Shown here: positions 6,808-15,363 of the stretch, piece after piece | Layout of the letters: each line of letters begins with the position of its first letter | How positions within the stretch are numbered: the stretch's first letter is position 1 | Virus record (IMG/VR): IMGVR_UViG_3300017746_000009 | Span: 1-62,781 of that record | Source of the DNA: a virus | Strand: one strand, 5' to 3' | Length of the DNA stretch: 62,781 nt | The notes under the pieces: generated by a model | The model's database searches: none | What the model saw: the letters and a program-made list of their open reading frames with translations, nothing else | Told to the model about the DNA's origin: nothing | Translations under genes and position numbers: made by a program

Positions 6808-8665
6808 TATAGTGTCTTATGTCCCCCCAATTTTTACCTATTTCTCCATCTACCTTATTAGGAACTTTTAATTCAACACAGTCTTTCATAATTTCCATAA
6901 CTTTTTCACACTCAGGTTTGTCAGTAACAGATATGTTAAGTTCATCATGTACTTGTGTGTGAGAAAGTATGCCCTCTTTGTGTAATTCTAACATAGCTTT
7001 TTTAGTCATGTCTGCTGCTGACCCTTGTATCAAACGGTTCATAGCTTTGTATGTGTAGGCTCTTTTTAATTTACCGCCATATTCATCCATAGCTTTTTCC
7101 ATAGGCAAAGGTAGAGCTCTTTTATCTATAGGCTCATATAAATTAAACCTACACTTACGACCTAAAATTGTTTTTACATAACCTCTATTAGCCCCCATAC
7201 GTGCGGCAGAGTCTCTTAGACCACGGATAAAAGGTACTCTTTCATGATATTGATTAAAAAGCGATTCAGCTTCTTCCACACTGATACCTAGTTGAGAAGT
7301 CAATTTATCCTTACCCATACCATAACTAAGCCCAAGGTTTATAATCTTAGCCTCTTTACGACTTATATTAGCCATGTCTGCTACTATCTGGTGAAAGTCA
7401 GCGTCGTCATCTTCATACTCAAGTGCTGCTTCTTCTGCCCCTTCTTGATGTGTAAGTAAAGAATAGTGTACTGTAAGTCTAGGTTCTTGTTGAGAATAAT
7501 CAAAACAACCCCAATGCTGTCCTTCTTCTGGTATAAATACACTTCGTATGAGTGGACCAATTATAGGGTCACGTGCAGGGACTTGTTGTAAATTAGGGTT
7601 AGAACAACTAAACCTACCCGTTACTGTACCACCGTCATCAGACTTTAAAGGGTGAAGTTCTCCATGTATTCTACCGTCTACTAAATGACCTAATATCATT
7701 TTATCTATGAATGTAGTTCTAGCTTTATTTAATTTTCTTGCTTTAGCTACAGCTATTGGTAATTTATGCTCATGACCTTCTAACCAAGAAGCAACAAAAC
7801 TAGGTGCATCTGTTTTAGGTGTCCTAGGATACGCAAGACCTGCTCTATCAAACACTTGCGATAATGATTGTGCTGCCCATAGGTCAGGTTCTACTCCGTA
7901 CCAATCTTTTATTTGTTTTACTATTTTATTTTCTTCAGTAAGTAATTGTTTTTTAACTTGTTGTGCTCTGTCTGTATCAATTAAAACACCACGCATACGC
8001 ATATCGATTAGCACGGGTAAGACAGAACTTTCAAGCTCATATATCTCACTCACTTCTTCTTTTACTATACCTTCCTTTAATATTTGCCAGAGCCTGTATG
8101 TTAAGTCTGCATCTTGTTCACAATAAGGACCAACATACTCAGGTGCAAGTTTATACATTTCAGATTTAGGATCAATCCCAAATATTTGTGCAGCTTCTTT
8201 AAGTAAAGACTCATCTTTCTCTTCGTTTAGGTATCGCTTACCTACTCTATTAAGAGAATAGCCATACTCGTTTTCATTTAACAAAGGTGCAGCTATAGAT
8301 GTGTCGTGTATTTTACCGTTTATCGTAAAGCCTTCTCGTTTAAGCCAACCTACGTCATACTGTGCGTTATGAAATATTTTACTATTAGAAGCGTCGAGTT
8401 GTTTTTGTAGCCAACGATAGACTACAGATTTATCTAAATTTGCACCTGTGTCATGAGCTACAGGAAAATAACCTTTCCAACCATCAGTTGCTATACCTAT
8501 ACCTATTATGTGTCCTCTGTCTTTTGCTGCCCAACCTGGACCATGAGTCATGAGCCAAGGGTCACAGGTTTCTAAATCAATCGCTATCTCTTTCTGTTGA
8601 GTTAGGTCAGGGAAAGTAGCGGGAGGAACCCAATCACTTTCTGGATGGAAAAAAGTTAATTGCAT
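6785..8665 (-). CDS. family A DNA polymerase with 3'-5' exonuclease domain
   Basis: Exo motifs IAIDLET, HNAQYDVGWL and YCEQDADLT. Pol motif A is FDYSQQEPR, motif B is RKEAKIINLGLSYGMG, and motif C is HTQVHDELN. Confidence 0.95.
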   Translation of the reverse strand: MQLTFFHPESDWVPPATFPDLTQQKEIAIDLETCDPWLMTHGPGWAAKDRGHIIGIGIATDGWKGYFPVAHDTGANLDKSVVYRWLQKQLDASNSKIFHNAQYDVGWLKREGFTINGKIHDTSIAAPLLNENEYGYSLNRVGKRYLNEEKDESLLKEAAQIFGIDPKSEMYKLAPEYVGPYCEQDADLTYRLWQILKEGIVKEEVSEIYELESSVLPVLIDMRMRGVLIDTDRAQQVKKQLLTEENKIVKQIKDWYGVEPDLWAAQSLSQVFDRAGLAYPRTPKTDAPSFVASWLEGHEHKLPIAVAKARKLNKARTTFIDKMILGHLVDGRIHGELHPLKSDDGGTVTGRFSCSNPNLQQVPARDPIIGPLIRSVFIPEEGQHWGCFDYSQQEPRLTVHYSLLTHQEGAEEAALEYEDDDADFHQIVADMANISRKEAKIINLGLSYGMGKDKLTSQLGISVEEAESLFNQYHERVPFIRGLRDSAARMGANRGYVKTILGRKCRFNLYEPIDKRALPLPMEKAMDEYGGKLKRAYTYKAMNRLIQGSAADMTKKAMLELHKEGILSHTQVHDELNISVTDKPECEKVMEIMKDCVELKVPNKVDGEIGKNWGDIRHYNEYFNEL

Positions 8666-9366
8666 TATACAGCAGATTCCCTACACATATTTTGTTTACC
8701 GAAATAACACCACTTACAGCCAAACGTGCTTGGTTTAGCAGGAAACTCTTCAGCTGTTGTCATAGCCACAGCTCTTGCATTTATTCTCTTTTGTTTTATT
8801 TCTATTGTTTTAGGTGTATAGATATAACGGTCTATTTTACCATGGTCTAAATACCACATCTCAGTAGTTATTCTTTCTAGTTCAGGATAACGACTCAAAG
8901 CTACAGCTCCGTAAAGCTCACACTGTTCTCTATGACTTTCTTGATTACCGTCATACCTACCTGTTTTAAAATCTATTACTCTAGCTTCTTTTGATTCACC
9001 TTCTTCGTATACAAAAGCATCTACTTTTGCTCGCCCCCAAGTATCATCTTCGAACCAGCCTGTTTTATTCCAATCTTTATCTATAGCCCAATCACTTTCG
9101 CAAAGCACATGACCATATAAATACATTTCTCTTAATAAGTTAAAAGCGTCTTCAAAGTCTTGTATTTGTTTAGGCATCTCTTCTAGGGTGCCTCTAATAT
9201 AGTCTTCACACATTTTATGTATTTCTTTACCCCTATCCATTGCTGGGCTTCCTGGCTCTTTTATCTTTTTAATAAATTTAAACTCAGCTTGTTTAGGACA
9301 TTTTTCGTAACAAGTTAGCCTACTGTAAGACCATTGATATATCATTACATCCTCCTTGACAACCAT
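8665..9366 (-). CDS. Cas4/RecB-like PD-(D/E)XK exonuclease with a 4-Cys cluster
   Basis: An N-terminal Cys (CYEKCPKQ), VIDFKTG, QCELYGAVAL and a C-terminal CKWCYFGKQNMC motif are present. Confidence 0.8.
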   Translation of the reverse strand: MVVKEDVMIYQWSYSRLTCYEKCPKQAEFKFIKKIKEPGSPAMDRGKEIHKMCEDYIRGTLEEMPKQIQDFEDAFNLLREMYLYGHVLCESDWAIDKDWNKTGWFEDDTWGRAKVDAFVYEEGESKEARVIDFKTGRYDGNQESHREQCELYGAVALSRYPELERITTEMWYLDHGKIDRYIYTPKTIEIKQKRINARAVAMTTAEEFPAKPSTFGCKWCYFGKQNMCRESAV

Positions 9367-10355
9367 TCATAGCAGGCTTTACGCCAATCACTTGCGGCAC
9401 AGTTTTGTATTTCAATCATAGCTTCTTCTGTTTCTCCCATTTTATGTAAACGAAAGGCATCCTGCATAGGTGCTGCCACCTCTGTAAAGAATTTATCATA
9501 AAACTTACAATCTTTAAAAGGTTCTCTTTCCATAAAAATATCTAAGTCTCTTTCCCATTCATTTATTTCTGTATCGTTAAACATACTGTATGGGGTTACT
9601 TTACCTTTTTCGTAAGGATTACCCACCATAGGATATTTTATACTATAAAAATCTAGTGCGTCTTTATCATTGAGTTTTTTTAGCAACTTTCTAAAAATAT
9701 CAACATAAGCATGGTAATTATTACTCACTTGATAGTATCTTCCTACAGGTCTACCGATAGCGTAGGCAATATATTCTTGCAGCATTGACATATGTACAGC
9801 ATTAGCACCATACGCTCCCCAAATAATATCATTCGATCTATTACTTACACTCATCTCTAAACGACCTGTGCAGTCTTCACTAAAGTATATACTTGTATTA
9901 CAAGGTACATCTTTACCATCTCTGTTTAAATCTTCGTTAGCGTCCCACATTTGAAGTACACATCTTCTATCTTCTGGCTCTTTTTTAAGCCTATTGATTA
10001 TTATTTGTAGTTGGTCTTTACCGAAATAACTACGCCATCTCCAACCGTATGCTCCCCATAAAGTTTCACCGTCATCGCTGTAGTTTTTCATGTTTTTAGC
10101 ATATCTTTTTACAAACTCTAAATCATTACGACCAGTTAGCATCCACAAACCTTCCATAAAATGAAAGAAAGGGTTAGCATCTCTTTCTTCCCAAAATAAA
10201 ACTCTTTCTTTAGGTTTTTCATAAACTGTAGTAACAGGAGTTTTAGACCTGTAAACTTCTCCGTTTCTTGTTTGCTCTCTAAAGTTTTCTGCCTCTAATA
10301 AATCTACACCACGTATCAACGCATCATGTACGTTTCTTACTTCAAGAACTTGCAT
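9345..10355 (-). CDS. thymidylate-synthase-superfamily enzyme (ThyA-like; candidate dUMP hydroxymethylase)
   Basis: It aligns by eye to E. coli ThyA: [14 protein letters not shown] ~ [37 protein letters not shown] ~ [34 protein letters not shown] ~ APCHAFFQF (catalytic Cys); [15 protein letters not shown] ~ QRSCDVFLGLPFNIAS. Confidence 0.8.
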   Translation of the reverse strand: [336 protein letters not shown]

Positions 10356-11124
10356 TTTCTACCCCCTCTTTGTAAGCTTTTTTCCAACCCACTATTACGT
10401 CTTTACGAGGCAAACCATTCCAAGCTGTTTTAGTTTGCTTCTCTACTACTTTTACACAAGTTGGATGCAGATCAGCTAACAACTGTGCACCCTCATTATG
10501 AACATCAATAGTACGCCATTCACTACAACCGCCCTTAGCATTAGAACTTTTTTGACCCTGAGCATAGTAATAACTTACCTTACAAGCTTTGCCTTTTTTT
10601 AAAAGTTGTAAAGACATATCAAAGTCTTCCATGATTTTAGTTCTACCCCATTCGATATTATCAGGAAAAGCATCTAAGTTATAAGCGAGCACTCGCATGT
10701 AACGAGTATTATCTACAGATAAATCTTCTACTCTGTTATTACCCTCCCTAGCACTAATACCACAATGAGCATAACCTTGTTTCATCCACTCTTCTAATAA
10801 ACCAAACATAGCAGGATACTCTTCTTTTTCTAGATAACGTAAATGCCAGTCTGTAGGACTTTTACGAATGTAAAAACGCAAGTCATCATCAAGCATAATT
10901 ATATGTGGGTCGTCTGTATTATCTACAATATACTTACGTTTAGGACCAATACCTACACAATCTTCTGGTACTACCATCTTAGCTTGGTCATCGTGATAAA
11001 ATTTATATTTATCTTCTTCATCTTTATCTATCACCAAAACCACTTTCTTTTTAAGTTCTTCAGGAAAAAAACTTAAAGTGACTTGGTCAAAGGGTCTGCC
11101 CCTAGTTGGAATATATATCTTCAC
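10342..11124 (-). CDS. GT-A-fold glycosyltransferase-like protein
   Basis: MKIYIPTRGR..Q.T at the N-terminus (Rossmann beta1) and a DxD-type motif IIMLDDDLRF; the position is inside the base-modification cluster. Confidence 0.45.
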   Translation of the reverse strand: MKIYIPTRGRPFDQVTLSFFPEELKKKVVLVIDKDEEDKYKFYHDDQAKMVVPEDCVGIGPKRKYIVDNTDDPHIIMLDDDLRFYIRKSPTDWHLRYLEKEEYPAMFGLLEEWMKQGYAHCGISAREGNNRVEDLSVDNTRYMRVLAYNLDAFPDNIEWGRTKIMEDFDMSLQLLKKGKACKVSYYYAQGQKSSNAKGGCSEWRTIDVHNEGAQLLADLHPTCVKVVEKQTKTAWNGLPRKDVIVGWKKAYKEGVENASS

Positions 11125-11447
11125 GCTTCGTATTCCTCTTCTATACCTGTTTCATACGGTTCTGGTTTAGCTGTCATGTATTCTTCTACAAGTAGAAGGT
11201 ATCTTCTTAAGTCTCGTATGTCATCTAGTATACCAGAAGCACTAGGATCATTAGAAATAGCAGTAAAAATATCGTAACCCACCTTAGTAGATTGGTTTTC
11301 TATTCTATCCCACTTACGAGCTAGCATCATAAATGCTCCTACTCCTCCTCTTTTTTTCCAGCTGTCTCCGTAGGTTGTTTCCGCTACTTCTAACGCTTTT
11401 ACATCGGCATCTGTCAACGTAATCATTTTATTAAATTTATCAGTCAT
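11121..11447 (-). CDS. small all-alpha MazG-like / DUF1599-like nucleotide-metabolism protein
   Basis: TYGDSWKKRGGVGAFMMLARKWDRIEN resembles the YGDSW..RG..G....L.RK.DRL signature of DUF1599/MazG-related phage proteins. Confidence 0.45.
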   Translation of the reverse strand: MTDKFNKMITLTDADVKALEVAETTYGDSWKKRGGVGAFMMLARKWDRIENQSTKVGYDIFTAISNDPSASGILDDIRDLRRYLLLVEEYMTAKPEPYETGIEEEYEA

Positions 11448-11980
11448 TATATTCCTCCATATTGTTTAATTAATTGACCTAAAAGTAACGAGCCACGTTC
11501 GTTAAGTCTTTGACTCGCTAAAAATTCTACACCCTTACTAAATACTTTATTCATATTTGTATTACCCATCCTTCTTTGTTTCATACAGAAAAATAAAAGT
11601 TCAAACATGTCTGCTTGTTTATAAAGTATTTTTTCTTCATCAGAAATAATATTGTACTGATCTATACCTAAGACTTGTTCATACTCTTCTTCTACTTTAT
11701 TTAATATTTCTTTAAACTCTGGATGAGACCATTTTATAGGTGAGGGCATATCACCTGTATATGCTTCAGTAACGTCATGAGTAAGAGCTTTCATAATTAA
11801 ATCTTTACTTACGTTAGGTTCTAGATATTCTAAGATAATTGCTACACCCCAAGAATGAGAAGCAATAGATTGTTCACCTATCGTATCTAATGTGTGGTAT
11901 CGTTTTACAACGCCACAGTCCATTATTTCAAATATACTATCTATCATATTTATACTTTGCTCTTGGTCTACCTTGACCAA
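11447..11980 (-). CDS. HD-domain phosphohydrolase (YfbR-like 5'-deoxynucleotidase)
   Basis: SIASHSWGVAIIL and LTHDVTEAYTGDMPSPIK match the H...HD...D pattern and the YfbR segment HD.SE..TGD.PTP.K. Confidence 0.8.
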   Translation of the reverse strand: MVKVDQEQSINMIDSIFEIMDCGVVKRYHTLDTIGEQSIASHSWGVAIILEYLEPNVSKDLIMKALTHDVTEAYTGDMPSPIKWSHPEFKEILNKVEEEYEQVLGIDQYNIISDEEKILYKQADMFELLFFCMKQRRMGNTNMNKVFSKGVEFLASQRLNERGSLLLGQLIKQYGGI

Positions 11981-12782
11981 GTCTTACTCTTTCATATTTA
12001 TCAAACTCACACAAACAGTGCTCAATATCTCTCATTTCTAAAGAAGGTACATGAGGCTCTAGATATTTAGGGCTTTCAGATAATAAATCTTTCATCTCAC
12101 AGTTCCACCCTATGTAACCTACGTGTCCTCTAGTAGGACGCCAAGTTAGTTCTCTACCGTGTATTCTATTTAGCCCACGTTTAGCTCCTGGACCTGGATT
12201 AGCCCAAGTATAGATATCACGAGCGTTGCCTAAATATTTTGTATGACGTAAGTCTGTAACTACTTCATATGCCATAAAACCACTAAACCCAGCGTACCGT
12301 AAGTATCCAGACCAAGTTTTTTGTAAACTATCGGGATGTATCTCAGGTTGATTCTCATAAAGTGGTGTAAGTATTTTATCAATAGTTTGTTCTACTTTTG
12401 TACCACCTAACGTACCTGTTAACATGTAAGCACCTGTGTAAACTTTTTCTCCTTTATCCATTCTACCTTGCATAATAGCTTTGACACGGTCAGGGTTCCA
12501 CTCTTCAGGGAAACCAATCTCTTGTAAAGTGTCTGGCCAATTTATTTGTCTAGCTACCGACATAGCAAACGGTAGATTAGGGTGGTCAGCATAAGGTTCT
12601 TTCCAGTTTTTCCTTAACCATATGGTGACGCTATCTAGTTCACGAAATACATTACAGAAACTAAACTCTTTGATTATAGGGTCTTCTGTCCAAGGGGCTT
12701 GTATACCTGCTTGCCTACGACAATATATTTGATGCCTTTCATTTATATATTTAAAAAATCCATCTATTTGTTCAAGAACCAT
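11937..12782 (-). CDS. alpha-glutamyl/putrescinyl-thymine pyrophosphorylase (aGPT-Pplase)-like DNA base hypermodification protein
   Basis: FFKYINERHQIYCRRQAGIQAPWTEDPIIKEFSFCNVFRELDSVTIW and the later NPGPGAKRGLNRI match my memory of the helical 5-hmdU-hypermodification family. No Walker A motif is present. Confidence 0.6.
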   Translation of the reverse strand: MVLEQIDGFFKYINERHQIYCRRQAGIQAPWTEDPIIKEFSFCNVFRELDSVTIWLRKNWKEPYADHPNLPFAMSVARQINWPDTLQEIGFPEEWNPDRVKAIMQGRMDKGEKVYTGAYMLTGTLGGTKVEQTIDKILTPLYENQPEIHPDSLQKTWSGYLRYAGFSGFMAYEVVTDLRHTKYLGNARDIYTWANPGPGAKRGLNRIHGRELTWRPTRGHVGYIGWNCEMKDLLSESPKYLEPHVPSLEMRDIEHCLCEFDKYERVRLGQGRPRAKYKYDR

Positions 12783-13234
12783 TGTGGTACCTCCCTTTTA
12801 GTCCATGTAGCAAACCTGCTTTTTTCACCCATGTAATACCTACGATACGCAGTAATTGGGTCATTAGTGACTTTATACTCATCTGGCATACATTGAGGAA
12901 GTTGTTGTAATCCTTTACTTCTTATAAGCGGAGGACATAGCTCGTCTACTACGTCTATCGAACGATGAGGTAAGTTTCTATCATACCTCCAGCAAAATTC
13001 TTCATTTAAACAAATAGCTAATTGTTTTAACCATAGCCAATTATCAAGGCTGTCTCCAGCCCATAGAGTACAAGGGTGTTTAGCGTGTACAGGTAAATAT
13101 GGAGCGGTTTGACCATTTGACCAAAGCACAGTACATAACATTTGAGTAGACTCTAGTATCATTTTTGATACATGTTTATCGCAGTGCTGTTGAGCACAGT
13201 CTTCTACAGTTTCGTCTAGTTTAAATATATTCAC
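12764..13234 (-). CDS. conserved hypothetical protein inside the modification cluster (GTG start)
   Basis: ORF beginning GTG AAT ATA TTT; the motif CAQQHCDKHVSKMILESTQML is one I have seen in phage and giant-virus proteins of unclear function. Confidence 0.6.
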   Translation of the reverse strand: MNIFKLDETVEDCAQQHCDKHVSKMILESTQMLCTVLWSNGQTAPYLPVHAKHPCTLWAGDSLDNWLWLKQLAICLNEEFCWRYDRNLPHRSIDVVDELCPPLIRSKGLQQLPQCMPDEYKVTNDPITAYRRYYMGEKSRFATWTKREVPQWFLNK

Positions 13235-13241
13235 GTTAATA

Positions 13242-13291
13242 TTTTACTTTACTTGTAAAGTAAAAGTATAGGAATATTGGCAAAATTGCAA
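13242..13291 (-). promoter_or_regulatory. Promoter-like element TTGCAA-N15-TATACT followed by a perfect 11-bp inverted repeat (operator or 5'-hairpin)
   Basis: On the minus strand: TTGCAA (13291-13286), TATACT (13270-13265), then ttttactttac-aa-gtaaagtaaaa, i.e. arms 13242-13252 and 13255-13265 with a 2-nt spacer, ahead of the GTG at 13234. Confidence 0.35.
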
Positions 13292-13873
13292 TCATATACC
13301 CGTTCTAAAGGTTAAGTTTACTCGCTGACCACCGCCAACTACGTTGAGCACCGAATGGGTAGCCTTCATTTGTGAATGTCCATCAAATATAAAAGCATCG
13401 CCATCTTCCATTAAATAATTAGTTAGTTCTTTCTTAGCTATGTAGTGAGTATTAATCATACTTGTAGAAGTTTCTTTTTTAATATGTCTTCTATATTCTT
13501 GCCACTGAAATATTCTAGGAGACCAAAAAGATATAGAAACAACTAAATCATCTAGTGTGGGTACGGTGTCAGAATGATGCGGTATACCCACACCATCTTC
13601 AGCATAATAACCACACAACAAAAAATTAAACTCAACGTGTCTGCCCAGCTCTTTTAAAACTAACTTTTCTGCTTTTATCTTAAATGTTTTTATATGCTCG
13701 TTCCACGGTTTAGGTTTATATAACCTACCTGCATAATTAAAATCAGAATCACCATACGCTTGAGTGTACCTACCTTTAATTTTTTTACCATCGTATATTC
13801 TATTAACAGGTTCTTCCCACTCTACTATGTGGGGGCAATCTCCAGCAAAAGCTCCTTTAATAAATTTAATCAT
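13292..13873 (-). CDS. AlkB-like 2OG-Fe(II) dioxygenase
   Basis: GIPHHSDTV (HxD), KATHSV (distal His) and the C-terminal RVNLTFRTG, matching RYNLTFRQ of E. coli AlkB. Confidence 0.75.
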   Translation of the reverse strand: MIKFIKGAFAGDCPHIVEWEEPVNRIYDGKKIKGRYTQAYGDSDFNYAGRLYKPKPWNEHIKTFKIKAEKLVLKELGRHVEFNFLLCGYYAEDGVGIPHHSDTVPTLDDLVVSISFWSPRIFQWQEYRRHIKKETSTSMINTHYIAKKELTNYLMEDGDAFIFDGHSQMKATHSVLNVVGGGQRVNLTFRTGI

Positions 13874-15363
13874 GAAAACAAAAACTCCTTTCTAGTTTTT
13901 CCTCGCACTATATGTAGATTACTCTTAGTTCTAGTGACACCCACATAAAATGCTCTACATTCGTTATCAGGGTTCATATACAAGTCTTCCCATGTTTTAT
14001 TAGCTAAGTCTGTAAGCAACACTACGTTTTCAGATTCACCACCCTTTGCTGCATGTATTGTATTGAGCTTAATTTTTGATACGTCTAGTTTTTCTCCTTT
14101 ACGTAAACAAGAGATAAGATATTCTCTTTGTGTATTACCTATAAGATCAAAACACTCGTGCCATATTTTATCTACCATTAAACCATGGTGTTTAGTAAGT
14201 TCTTCTATATTTAATATTGTATCTTCCCTTACTGTTTTAAGGGTTTTATATCCTGTTTTTACTCCCTTACCTGCTTTCATATACCCGTATATCTTTTTTA
14301 TTCTTTCCGCCTCCATAGACTCTCCTTTTCGTAATGCTTCCCAATCTTTTATTGCATTAATTAAATTTTGAGACACAGAAGGTTTGTTATTCTTTTGGTA
14401 AACCCTACCGTTTAGTTTTAGATATTCTTCTACACCATTTAACAGGTAATTGTTTCTGGCTAAAAATAACCATTCACCTTGATCAATATCTACGTGTTCA
14501 TAATTAGTGTGATAAGTTACACTGCCTTCTTCTACTTTAGGTTCCCAAACTTTTTCTTTTCTATTACTTATACGTTTTACGACACCTAAAGCTGTATCGT
14601 GTACTTTTCTAGGCACACGGTAAGATTGTTTTAAATAAGTAGTTTTACCATTAAGTTTTATAAATTGATCTACGTCTGCTCCTGCCCACCTATAGATAGC
14701 TTGGTCATCATCTCCTGCTATGTAAACATGTTTTACATCTTTTGCTAGTTTTTCTACACACTTCCACTGAAGCGTAGATAAATCTTGAGCTTCATCGACT
14801 ATCAAAACGTCTAAACTAGGTGATCCGCTTGTATTAATAAACATTTCTAGCATGTCTGTGTAGTCTATTAAAAAATTAGCGTCTTTGTATTTAGAATAGT
14901 TTTTGATAAACCAATTGTAGTGCATCCAAGATATATCAAACCCAGAATAGTTCCACTGTTCTTTATAGCCTACACATTTATTACGAGCCATATTTTCTAG
15001 GAACAGCATATTGTCCCCCTTACTATTAAGCGACATTAAGTTTTCACCATCCCAAGCTGAGTTAATTCTTTCTCCTATTGTTTTACTAAACTCTCTTAAA
15101 TTTGTCCTAGACATAACATCTGTTCTATTTAAACCTAACCAATGATAACACAATGAGTGAAGAGTTCTAAAGTAATTTAATTCTTTAGGGTCATAACCAA
15201 ACTTCTCTACAGCCCGAGTAAGTGCTTCGTTTGCAGCTTTCTTAGTAAAAGCTACATAACCTATTTTATTCGGCTGTATGCCAGAATCTAAAAATTCTTC
15301 TGACTTATTCAGTAAATAAGTAGTCTTACCAGTGCCAGGAGGACCAAGGACAATATTCCACAT
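13870..15363 (-). CDS. UvrD/PcrA-type superfamily 1 DNA helicase
   Basis: Walker A is GPPGTGKTTYLL and Walker B is LIVDEAQDLS; also present are IAGDDDQAIYRWAGA, QSYRVP, TIHAAKGGESENVVLL and YVGVTRTK. Confidence 0.85.
   Translation of the reverse strand: MWNIVLGPPGTGKTTYLLNKSEEFLDSGIQPNKIGYVAFTKKAANEALTRAVEKFGYDPKELNYFRTLHSLCYHWLGLNRTDVMSRTNLREFSKTIGERINSAWDGENLMSLNSKGDNMLFLENMARNKCVGYKEQWNYSGFDISWMHYNWFIKNYSKYKDANFLIDYTDMLEMFINTSGSPSLDVLIVDEAQDLSTLQWKCVEKLAKDVKHVYIAGDDDQAIYRWAGADVDQFIKLNGKTTYLKQSYRVPRKVHDTALGVVKRISNRKEKVWEPKVEEGSVTYHTNYEHVDIDQGEWLFLARNNYLLNGVEEYLKLNGRVYQKNNKPSVSQNLINAIKDWEALRKGESMEAERIKKIYGYMKAGKGVKTGYKTLKTVREDTILNIEELTKHHGLMVDKIWHECFDLIGNTQREYLISCLRKGEKLDVSKIKLNTIHAAKGGESENVVLLTDLANKTWEDLYMNPDNECRAFYVGVTRTKSNLHIVRGKTRKEFLFS

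Noticed and set aside
12764-13234. Assignment of the CAQQHCDKHVSKMILESTQML protein as a pyrimidine-dimer DNA glycosylase (endonuclease V-like)
   Set aside because: My recollection of this family's annotation is uncertain, and the sequence does not align convincingly with T4 endonuclease V. It is kept as a conserved hypothetical within the modification cluster.
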